A DNA stretch of 64,000 bases from a bacterium (GTDB lineage Bacteria > Verrucomicrobiota > Verrucomicrobiia > Limisphaerales > J093). Where the stretch lies: assembly GCA_021823625.1 (NCBI GenBank), contig JAKANS010000002.1, forward strand, positions 7,575 to 71,574, in the 5' to 3' direction. Both the position numbers and the translations under genes were made by a program. Shown here piece by piece: positions 43,582-50,809 of this stretch. Below the pieces are notes generated by a model that saw only the letters and a list, made by a program, of their open reading frames with translations, was not told where the DNA came from and searched no databases. Each line of letters starts with the position of its first letter. The stretch's first letter is position 1.

Positions 43582-43619
43582 TGCACACTTTCTGTCGCAA
43601 TTGCGACAGAAAGTGTGCA
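43582..43619. terminator. perfect 38-bp palindrome between convergent genes (candidate bidirectional terminator or operator)
   Basis: The sequence tgcacactttctgtcgcaa|ttgcgacagaaagtgtgca is an exact reverse complement about its centre. It lies 30 nt after the comB stop and 18 nt after the rsmA-nudix stop. No flanking T-run is present. Confidence 0.5.
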
Positions 43620-43637
43620 ATGTGCGGCGACCTGAAG

Positions 43638-45119
43638 TCACTTGCGCGAGCCGCCTGCGCCCGCCGCGCCGGTTTTGCCCGCAGCCTGGAGCTGTTGCCA
43701 GATCACTGGCACCGAACCGGCGAAATCCTGCGGCCGTTCGGCCAGCCAGCGCGTAATGTGTTCCGGCGTGAACCAGTCGCCTTCCGAGATTTCCTCGGGT
43801 TGAAGTACAAACGGACCTTCGGCTTGCGCGCGGTAAACCCAGACGAATTCCTGACCGGTTGCCGGGCACGCATCGATCTTGAACAGTCGCGCCGGCGGTT
43901 GCTTCAGCCTCCAGCCCAACTCCTCCTCGACCTCGCGCCAGGCACAGGCTTCGTAACTTTCGCCGGGTGCCAGGTGGCCGGACGCCGAGGAGTCCCACGT
44001 GCCGGGGAAGCAGTCTTTGGCGAGCGAACGCTTCTGGAGAAACAATTCGCCCCGGCGATTGAAGAGCAGCACGTGTACGGCGCGGTGTTTCAGGCCCAGC
44101 CGGTGGACCTCACTCCGCGGACGGCGGTCAATGACTTCGTCGCGCTCGTTCACGACGTCGAAGAGTTCTTCAAGCATAGAGCGGGAGGCGGCCCCGGTTG
44201 CCGCGGAAGTTGGCCGGGCCAGTTCCGTTGTCAGAAGCAGAAACTGGTCGAGGCTCAGTTTTTCGGCGCGAATCTGAGGATCGAGACCGGCCGCGGCGAA
44301 AGCGGTTTCGAGTTGAGCTGCCGGCCAGGCGGCCTTGAGGAGCTTGAACATCTTCTTGCGCCGCTGGCTGAAGGCGAGTTTGACCAGCCGCGCGAACGCC
44401 CGGCGTTGTTCGGCCGGCAGCAAAGGCACCCGGTGACGCACCAGGCCAGCGCAGGTGGAGTCCACGTCCGGCGCGGGAAAGAAACAATTGGGCGGGATCT
44501 TGAACCAGCCGCACGGTGCGTAACCCAATCGCACCAGCAACGTGAGCACGCCGTAATCGTCGCCACCCGGCCCGGCCAGGAGCCGGCGGAGCACTTCGAG
44601 TTGCAGCGTGACCACCACGCGCTCCGGCGCGCGCTCGGCCAAGGCCAGTTCGACGAGGATCGGCGAAGCGACGGAGTACGGCATGTTCGCCACCAGCTTC
44701 CAGCCCGACCAGTCGCGCGGCTCGCGGCGGAGCACTTCGAGGGCGTCGGCGCGCAACAAACGCAGACGTGGCTTGGCGGGACCAGCCTCGTTTGCCGACC
44801 TTGCGGTTGCTGGATCGGTGGCGGCCGCGTCAGCAGCGGCGAGGCTCGAAACCGCCTTCGCTTGAAAACGCTCTTGGAGCAACTCAACCAACCGTGCGTC
44901 CTTCTCGATCGCCAGCACTTCCACGCCGCGAGCAAGCAACTCGCCGGTGAGCGGCCCCAGGCCGGGGCCGATTTCGAGCACGCGGTCGCCGGGCGACAGA
45001 TCGGCCAGGTCCACGATGCGGCGGAGCTGGTTCGCGTCGTGGAGGAAGTTTTGCCCGAGCGACTTGGTGAGCTGGATGCCGCGGGCGGCCAACAATTGGC
45101 GCATTTCGGAGAGTTTCAT
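43638..45119 (-). CDS. rsmA: 16S rRNA (adenine1518/1519-N6)-dimethyltransferase RsmA/KsgA fused to a C-terminal NUDIX hydrolase domain
   Basis: N-terminal LGQNFLHD, VLEIGPGLGPLT, VANMPYSVASPI, FSQRRKK. C-terminal NUDIX box GTWDSSASGHLAPGESYEACAWREVEEELG. The ATG overlaps the aminotransferase stop (ATGA at 45116-45119). Confidence 0.8.
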   Translation of the reverse strand: MKLSEMRQLLAARGIQLTKSLGQNFLHDANQLRRIVDLADLSPGDRVLEIGPGLGPLTGELLARGVEVLAIEKDARLVELLQERFQAKAVSSLAAADAAATDPATARSANEAGPAKPRLRLLRADALEVLRREPRDWSGWKLVANMPYSVASPILVELALAERAPERVVVTLQLEVLRRLLAGPGGDDYGVLTLLVRLGYAPCGWFKIPPNCFFPAPDVDSTCAGLVRHRVPLLPAEQRRAFARLVKLAFSQRRKKMFKLLKAAWPAAQLETAFAAAGLDPQIRAEKLSLDQFLLLTTELARPTSAATGAASRSMLEELFDVVNERDEVIDRRPRSEVHRLGLKHRAVHVLLFNRRGELFLQKRSLAKDCFPGTWDSSASGHLAPGESYEACAWREVEEELGWRLKQPPARLFKIDACPATGQEFVWVYRAQAEGPFVLQPEEISEGDWFTPEHITRWLAERPQDFAGSVPVIWQQLQAAGKTGAAGAGGSRK

Positions 45120-46492
45120 GCGGTGACGAGTTCCTCCAAGACTTCGCGGAGCACGGCGACCGCCTGCCGCAAGTCGCGCTCCGCAATCGTCAGCGGTGGC
45201 GTGAAGCTGATCACGTTCGCGTGCTCGCCTTCGGGCAACAAAATGAAACCGCGACGCAGCATCGTCTTGATGACGCCCAGCACTTCTTCCGTCGCCGGTG
45301 AACCGTCCGCGTGGCGGACTTCAATCCCGGCTATCAGGCCCTCGCCGCGGGCCGACGCCTCGTAGCCGCGGACGCGAGTCCGCGCTGACTTTCCGGGGGA
45401 AGGTATGCGCCGATTGACATCGGCGGCTACGGACGCCAGCAATTCCCGTAACTGCCCGCCCAACCTGGCGCTTCGCTCGGGCAGTTTGCCACGCCGCAAC
45501 TCCGCGATCTGTGCCAGCGCCATCGCGCAACCGACCGGATGGCCGAGGAACGTGCTGGTGTGAATCGCCTCGCCGTTGGACTTGGGCCAGGCGGCATCCA
45601 TCAAGTCCGCGCGGCCCACGCAAGCCGAGAGCGGGAAGCCGCCGGTGAGCGCCTTGCCCAGGCAGATCAAGTCCGGCACCACGCCGCTGTGCTCGCAGGC
45701 GAACCAGCGCCCGGTCCGGCCGAAGCCGGTGTAAATCTCGTCAAGAATGAGCAGCGCGCCGTGCGCGTCGCAAAGGCGCCGCAGCGCAGGCAGGAACTCC
45801 GGCGGGGGAAGGTTGATGCCGCCGCGCGCCTGGATCGGCTCGACCAGCACGGCGCCGATGTTCCCCCGGCGCAGGAAACGACGCAGCGCGGCTTCGACCC
45901 GCGGCAGTTCGGGAACACTGGCCGGGAACGGCGCGAAAATGGCGAACTCGCGGAGTTGCCGGCGAAACGGCGAGCGAAAGTGGTCGCGGTGGGTGGCGTT
46001 CAGGGCGCCGTAGCCGAGGCCGTGGTAGGCACCCTCGAAGGCGATCACGCCGGGCTTGCCGGTGGCGAGCATCGCCGTTTTGAGCGCGGCTTCGACGGCT
46101 TCGAAACCGGAATTGCCGAAGATGACTTTGCCGGATTTCGGATTTCGGGATTCGAATTTCGGACTCCGCCGGGTCCACCGCTCGAAAGTGATCCGGCTCA
46201 ATTCGCGCGCCAGCTCGGCTTTCAGGGCGTGCGGATGCACGTCACCCATCGCGTGCAGCAGCGTGGCCATTTGACGTTGGCCGGCCCGGACGACGCGCGG
46301 GTTGGCATGTCCCGCCGCCGCCACGCCGAACGCGGCCGTGAGGTCGAGATAGCGCCGGCCCTCGGCGTCCCAAACGTGGCAGCCACGGGCGCGCGCCCAG
46401 ACGATCGGCCACGAACCGTCGGCCTCGATGAAGGTCACGTTGTGTGACTCGTACCGGGTCAGCAGGCGCAGGATGTCCGCGGTCCGGCTCAT
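45116..46492 (-). CDS. class-III (PLP-dependent) aminotransferase
   Basis: GNSGFEAVEAALK, ILDEIYTGFGRTGRWFA, LGKALTGGFP (PLP Lys). The ATG at 46492 (MSRTADIL) is preferred over 46570. Contains an in-frame repeat-derived insert, SPKFESRNPKSGK. Confidence 0.8.
   Translation of the reverse strand: MSRTADILRLLTRYESHNVTFIEADGSWPIVWARARGCHVWDAEGRRYLDLTAAFGVAAAGHANPRVVRAGQRQMATLLHAMGDVHPHALKAELARELSRITFERWTRRSPKFESRNPKSGKVIFGNSGFEAVEAALKTAMLATGKPGVIAFEGAYHGLGYGALNATHRDHFRSPFRRQLREFAIFAPFPASVPELPRVEAALRRFLRRGNIGAVLVEPIQARGGINLPPPEFLPALRRLCDAHGALLILDEIYTGFGRTGRWFACEHSGVVPDLICLGKALTGGFPLSACVGRADLMDAAWPKSNGEAIHTSTFLGHPVGCAMALAQIAELRRGKLPERSARLGGQLRELLASVAADVNRRIPSPGKSARTRVRGYEASARGEGLIAGIEVRHADGSPATEEVLGVIKTMLRRGFILLPEGEHANVISFTPPLTIAERDLRQAVAVLREVLEELVTA
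46131..46166. repeat. heptanucleotide repeat, copy B, inside the aminotransferase CDS
   Basis: The sequence is ccggatttcggatttcgggattcgaatttcggactc. On the minus strand it translates in frame to PKFESRNPKSG. Confidence 0.75.
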
Positions 46493-46570
46493 GGCGGGCA
46501 AAGCCGAGGGCCGAAGGCCGAAACTCGACGGGACTGGCTGTGGACCGCGCGGGTTGCTGGAAATGCGCAC

Positions 46571-46612
46571 GGCTCACCCTCATCCCAGTCCTCTCCCCAA
46601 GGAGAGGGAGGA
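46571..46612. repeat. REP-like hairpin element of the PSPLPKEREE type
   Basis: The sequence is ggctcaccctcatcccagtcctctccccaaggagagggagga. The stem cctctcc (46590-46596) pairs with ggagagg (46601-46607), with loop ccaa. From memory, this type of element is widespread in intergenic DNA of high-GC bacteria. Confidence 0.5.
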
Positions 46613-46651
46613 ACCGGCGCCGCGCTCGGAGAAGCCCGCAGTTCACGGCGC

Positions 46652-46707
46652 GTTCGGGTTTCGGACTTCGGAATTCCTTCGGGCTTCGGCATTCGGATTT
46701 TGGACTT
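46652..46707. repeat. heptanucleotide repeat, intergenic copy C, abutting the queE stop codon
   Basis: The sequence is gttcgggtttcggacttcggaattccttcgggcttcggcattcggattttggacttt. It is collinear with copy A, with the same two TTCGG runs around an ATTCCTT core. Confidence 0.7.
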
Positions 46708-47559
46708 TCAGACGCCCTGCCGATCCGGCGACCAGATCACTTTGTGCATCTGGATTTGGAACCGCACCGGCAACGCATCGGCGATGATCCGCTCGACCAG
46801 TTCGCGGCGGCTGAGCGGCGTCTGACCCGGCGGCACGGCCTTGAGCGACTTGTCTTGCTGGTGCGGCGCCAACGGCGCAACCCAAGAGAAAAGCAGCGGG
46901 CAGATCGCGGCCAATCCGTGCTCCGCGATCACGCGCTTTGCCCACTCGTAATCCTCCACGGTGCCGATCACGAACTTCACCTCGTCGGTCGCTTTGAGCT
47001 GCCGGAGATTCTCCCAGCGGTTGCGCCCGACCTCGCCGCTGCTGGGGCATTTCAGGTCCATGATGCGGCGAACCCGCGGGTCCACCGGCGTGATGTCCAG
47101 CGCGCCGCTGGTTTCGAGCAGCACGATGAATCCGTCGTCGCACAACGCCCGCATCAACGGCAGCGCCGCCGGCTGGAGCAGCGGCTCGCCGCCGGTCAGT
47201 TCCACCAAGGGCAGACGGCTCGGGATTCGGGTCTCGGATTTCGGATTTCGGATTTCGAGAGGACGCACCAGCCCTTCGGGGGTGGGGCGAGAGTCCTCTC
47301 GAGCCCTGACATCGTCGCCGGCCTCGGGCTGGGCTGGGCTCGACGGAGTCTCGCCCCACCGGCTCGCCTGCCGGCGCACTTCAGCCAGGACTTCGGTCAG
47401 TGGCCGCCGCCGGCCTTCGGTGAAGGCGTAGGCAGTGTCGCAGTAGGAACAGCGCAGGTTGCAGGCAGTGAGGCGGACGAAGACACACGGCAGGCCGGCG
47501 AAGGTGCTTTCGCCCTGGAGGCTCAGATAGATTTCGTTGACGACCAACGTGTCGGCCAC
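46708..47559 (-). CDS. queE: 7-carboxy-7-deazaguanine synthase (radical SAM), with a low-complexity insert
   Basis: YLSLQGESTFAGLPCVFVRLTACNLRCSYCDT (CxxxCxxC cluster), LTGGEPLLQ, and the C-terminal IQMHKVIW (compare QTHKYL in QueE). Extra low-complexity residues lie between CDT and TGGEP. Confidence 0.8.
   Translation of the reverse strand: MADTLVVNEIYLSLQGESTFAGLPCVFVRLTACNLRCSYCDTAYAFTEGRRRPLTEVLAEVRRQASRWGETPSSPAQPEAGDDVRAREDSRPTPEGLVRPLEIRNPKSETRIPSRLPLVELTGGEPLLQPAALPLMRALCDDGFIVLLETSGALDITPVDPRVRRIMDLKCPSSGEVGRNRWENLRQLKATDEVKFVIGTVEDYEWAKRVIAEHGLAAICPLLFSWVAPLAPHQQDKSLKAVPPGQTPLSRRELVERIIADALPVRFQIQMHKVIWSPDRQGV
47219..47258. repeat. heptanucleotide repeat, copy D, inside the queE CDS
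   Basis: The sequence is ctcgggattcgggtctcggatttcggatttcggatttcga. On the minus strand it translates in frame to LEIRNPKSETRIPS. Confidence 0.75.
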
Positions 47560-47568
47560 GGCACGAAG

Positions 47569-48465
47569 TTAAGCCGAGACCGGCCCTGCAAGCGAGGTCT
47601 TCCGCGGCCAGGTGAGGAAGCGAGGGCGGTTCAGTAGTTCGCCAGCGGCAGTTTCCCGGAAGCGATGGAAAAGCCGCCGCCGCGCCCAAACAATCAAGCC
47701 CACGAACCACGCGAAGCTGACGAGGGAACCCGAAGCAAAGACCAGCCACTGCCACCAAGGCGAGCCCGGCAATATCGGCATCCGCCTCGCGGCCACCAGC
47801 AGGGAGAGCGCGGTGCCAGCAATCCAAGGCACGAACATGACCAGCAAAAGCGCGCGGCCAACGGCCTGTCCCGTGGTCTTCGCCGCGAGGCCGAGCATCA
47901 GTCCCACGACCGCCAGCACCGCGCGCAATTCGTCGTGGCTGCGCGCGCTCACCCAGAGTCCGCCCGCGGCCGCAAGAAACAACGTGGTCAGCAAGGCGAG
48001 TTGGGTGCGCCAGAATTCGCCCGCGGTGACGCCGCCTACAGCGAGCGTGATCCCCAAGACGGGAAACACTGCCAGCAGACCGTAAAAGGATTGCACCGAG
48101 GCGGCGGCGAATTTGCCGAGGGTGATGTCCAGGCCACCGAGGTCGGTGAGAAACAACAGGCCGAGCGTGCCTTCGCGCTTTTCGCCGCTGAGGGTGTCCG
48201 CGGTTTGCCGGGCGCCCTCGAAGAGGCACAACGCGAAACACAGCCAGGTGAGCAGGCTGAAAACCATCCGGCTCGTTTCTGCCGGGCTTGACCGCGACGT
48301 GTACTGAAGCCACATCAGCGAGATGAGCATCGCCGTGGCGGCCACGCCCACGCGTATCCAGGACGTGAACCGCTGCCGCGCGCGAACGCGCAGTTCCCGT
48401 TCGACAATGCTCAGCGAGGTCATGGGCGGCGCGCCCTTTGTCGTCCGTTCGTCGCTGGTCGCCAA
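47569..48465 (-). CDS. polytopic membrane protein, ABC-2-type permease-like (no ATPase partner in the window)
   Basis: Six or so hydrophobic helices. The motif GEKREGTLGLLFLTDL resembles the E-K-x-x-G-T-(L/I)-E-x-L motif of ABC-2/NosY/GldF-type permeases. The start is uncertain (48465 or the ATG at 48423). Confidence 0.5.
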   Translation of the reverse strand: MATSDERTTKGAPPMTSLSIVERELRVRARQRFTSWIRVGVAATAMLISLMWLQYTSRSSPAETSRMVFSLLTWLCFALCLFEGARQTADTLSGEKREGTLGLLFLTDLGGLDITLGKFAAASVQSFYGLLAVFPVLGITLAVGGVTAGEFWRTQLALLTTLFLAAAGGLWVSARSHDELRAVLAVVGLMLGLAAKTTGQAVGRALLLVMFVPWIAGTALSLLVAARRMPILPGSPWWQWLVFASGSLVSFAWFVGLIVWARRRLFHRFRETAAGELLNRPRFLTWPRKTSLAGPVSA

Positions 48466-48516
48466 GTGGATTCGGCCAGACGGCGCGAGTCTGCTTTTAA
48501 GCCGTCACCCTCCGGC

Positions 48517-48744
48517 TCAAAGACGAAACTCGATCAAACCGCGGTTCGCGGCGCGCTCGCTAGCGGAGGGGTACCGGTGGCCGAACTGCTCAGCCATTTG
48601 CGCGTTGAATCGGCAATACGCCTCCATCGACAGGGTGGGAGGGAGGGTGATCGGCACGCTGAAAACGGGCAGTTCCAGCGTCTTGTCTTCCGCAGCGTCA
48701 GTCGGGAGCGGTGGCCTGGAGGGTTTTGGCATAGAGGTCGGCAT
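48517..48744 (-). CDS. possible small protein (75 aa or shorter) overlapping the 3' end of the nucleotidyltransferase gene
   Basis: The ORF has G/C-rich third positions from LELPVFSVPITLPPTLSMEAYCRFNAQMAEQF onward. It overlaps the upstream gene by 47 nt if the ATG at 48744 is used. No family recognised. Confidence 0.25.
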   Translation of the reverse strand: MPTSMPKPSRPPLPTDAAEDKTLELPVFSVPITLPPTLSMEAYCRFNAQMAEQFGHRYPSASERAANRGLIEFRL

Positions 48745-49231
48745 TGCCGTACTTCAGGAACAACTTCTCGTACTTCTCCGCGCGGATGTCCAAGCCGTTT
48801 TTCAACACCAGCATGACCACGTCATTGAGATCCTTCGCGACCCGAGGCCGGAGACCCTGTTTGAGCACGTGCAGCTTTAGCGCCAGCAGGTGATCCAGTG
48901 AAGGCATGCGGGCCTCCACGGCACCGAATCGGATCGGCTGCGCTTCCGTGGACAAGCCGCGGAAGGTCTCGTCGCTGACGAGCATCAAGTCCAGGCCCAG
49001 ATCGTCGCTGCCGCGGCTGAACTGCAGGAAGGTCGCCTGTTCCGCTTGAACCTCGTACCCCTCACCAACGAGGCGGGTTCTCCAATTGGCTGCCGCCGAC
49101 CGCGGGATCATCAGATCGGGGTCATACGTGAGCCGCGGGTAGCCATGCGCGGCGACGGCGTACCCGCCGATGATCAGAAACGGCAGCCGGGGGTCCGCGA
49201 CCAGCCTGGCGATCAACTCCGGAACGTTCAC
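48698..49231 (-). CDS. nucleotidyltransferase-fold protein (minimal NTase, toxin-antitoxin-like family)
   Basis: FLIIGGYAVAAHGYPRLTYDPDLMI matches the G-G-x-A-x(3)-H-G-x(5)-D-x-D pattern of small NTase-fold proteins. LLALKLHVLK follows. 177 aa. Confidence 0.55.
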   Translation of the reverse strand: MNVPELIARLVADPRLPFLIIGGYAVAAHGYPRLTYDPDLMIPRSAAANWRTRLVGEGYEVQAEQATFLQFSRGSDDLGLDLMLVSDETFRGLSTEAQPIRFGAVEARMPSLDHLLALKLHVLKQGLRPRVAKDLNDVVMLVLKNGLDIRAEKYEKLFLKYGNADLYAKTLQATAPD

Positions 49232-49286
49232 CAGGAAACGCTAACCGGTCCTCGACCTCCGTGCGAGCGATCTGCGAGCCTCGGGC

Positions 49287-50555
49287 TTATCGGTTCTGGA
49301 AGTCGGCCGTGGTGTTGGTCGCGCACACGAAGCGGAAGAGCGGTTCTGGAATCGGAGTGGATGCAGCGGTGAATATGCCTCTTGATCGGGAGCCTCGGCC
49401 CATGAGCACTGCGAAAAACGTACTGACTGTATCGCTCAACGAGCGCTTGAATTGGGCTCGGTCCAGGCGGATGCCCCACGCCCAGACCTGCCCGTCGGCA
49501 GTAAGCCCGTAACTCAAGTCGCCCGCGGCAGCGACATCGCCCCAGTCCAACCGGTCGCCAACCTGCACCGGCAGTCCCGCAGTCGCACTCGACGCGTCTG
49601 ATGTCCCGCGCCCCAATTTGTCTGGGTAGTGACTTCCCCAAACACGCAGCCGGCCGTCCTCTGTGAGTAGAAGCAAATACCCGCCGCCGCCAGCGCTTGT
49701 ACGCCAGTTCAGATTCGTGGGGATTTGGGTTAAGCTGCCACTCTGAAGTGAAGGCCATGCGAACCACACGCCGGCCACGTTGGTGTTTCCCCAAGCCCAG
49801 CAGCGACCATCTACCTGTCTGGCCACCGAGAGGAATTCGGCGCAGGCGATGTCCACCCAGTTGGTCTCCCTGCCAACCTGGGCGGGCCAGCCACCTGATC
49901 CTGCCAACGGGTCACTCCCCCAAACCCAAAGCGTACCATCACGGCGCAGGCCGAGCGTGTGATACCCTGCGGCAGCCACCTTGACCCAGTTCGTCGCTTC
50001 GTCCAAGCGGATGGGCTTGGTGGAGGGCCGGCCAGTGCCATCGCCTGGCTGACTCTTGTGGTTGGCGCCCCAAGTCCAGAGTGTTCCATCAGATTTAAGC
50101 GCGCACACCGACTGCGAACCGGCGCCGACGCTCACCCAGTTGGTGGCTTCATCCACCTGGCGTGGCGACGTGGGCGTTCGGGGCTGGACCCCCGTTGGCG
50201 AGTGCAGCGTTCCCCACAACCAAAGCGTGCCGTTGGTCTTGATGCCAGCCGTGAAGAAGTAACCCGTCGCGATCGCCTGCCAACCGCGCTCGTCACTCAG
50301 CTTCCACGGTCGGGGATCCGCGGGCAGACTCGGCTCCACCGCACCGTTGGGCGCATCCGCTCCCCAAACCCACACCGTGCCATCCGGCGCCACGAACACC
50401 ACATGATGCCCACATGCCGCCATCAGCGGGCGCGTGGTGGCCGGGCCAACGGAAACGACCGGATTTTGCACCACAGGTGAGCGCGCGCGCGTGAGAAGCC
50501 AGGTAGCAATGCCTCCCGTCGCGAGCAGCAGCAAGACGATGATCAGCCGGCGCAT
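49287..50555 (-). CDS. membrane-anchored RCC1-repeat (beta-propeller) protein
   Basis: N-terminal TM (LIIVLLLLATGGIATWLL). Repeated DGT(L/V)W(T/V)WG units are present (DGTVWVWGAD, NGTLWLWG, DGTLWTWGAN, DGTLWVWGSD, DGRCWAWGN, DGRLRVWGS, DGQVWAWG). Confidence 0.75.
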   Translation of the reverse strand: MRRLIIVLLLLATGGIATWLLTRARSPVVQNPVVSVGPATTRPLMAACGHHVVFVAPDGTVWVWGADAPNGAVEPSLPADPRPWKLSDERGWQAIATGYFFTAGIKTNGTLWLWGTLHSPTGVQPRTPTSPRQVDEATNWVSVGAGSQSVCALKSDGTLWTWGANHKSQPGDGTGRPSTKPIRLDEATNWVKVAAAGYHTLGLRRDGTLWVWGSDPLAGSGGWPAQVGRETNWVDIACAEFLSVARQVDGRCWAWGNTNVAGVWFAWPSLQSGSLTQIPTNLNWRTSAGGGGYLLLLTEDGRLRVWGSHYPDKLGRGTSDASSATAGLPVQVGDRLDWGDVAAAGDLSYGLTADGQVWAWGIRLDRAQFKRSLSDTVSTFFAVLMGRGSRSRGIFTAASTPIPEPLFRFVCATNTTADFQNR

Positions 50556-50670
50556 GATCTAGCGATCATTCCACTCCGCGCCACGGAATCAATTCAGTTT
50601 GCGGGCGAGGAATTCGTTTTGCGTGGATTCGACTGGGTCGGGCAACACGTGGCGAGCCCAGCAATCAAAG

Positions 50671-50789
50671 CCACGGAGGCACAGAGGCTCGGAGTTGAAT
50701 GAGGAACTCAGGAAAGCCGGAAAGCCCAAATCGCGGTTCCTGGGTTCCTGACTTCCTCATTGGACCTCTGCGTCTCCGCGACTCCGTGG
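50671..50789. repeat. imperfect palindromic element of about 120 bp (REP/MITE-like; possible terminator of the GH84 gene)
   Basis: The left arm ccacggag..gcacagagg..aatgaggaactcaggaa pairs with the right arm ttcctgacttcctcatt..cctctgcg..ctccgtgg. The core is AGGAA/TTCCT-rich. It starts about 20 nt after the TAG stop at 50810-50812. Confidence 0.6.
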
Positions 50790-50809
50790 CAGTTCCTTGG
50801 AAGTTCACG

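Noticed and set aside
49228-49794. 188-aa minus-strand ORF upstream of the nucleotidyltransferase gene, as a possible antitoxin partner.
   Set aside because: It lies almost entirely inside the RCC1-repeat gene in a different frame and is Arg/Cys/Gly-rich without structure. It is a shadow ORF.
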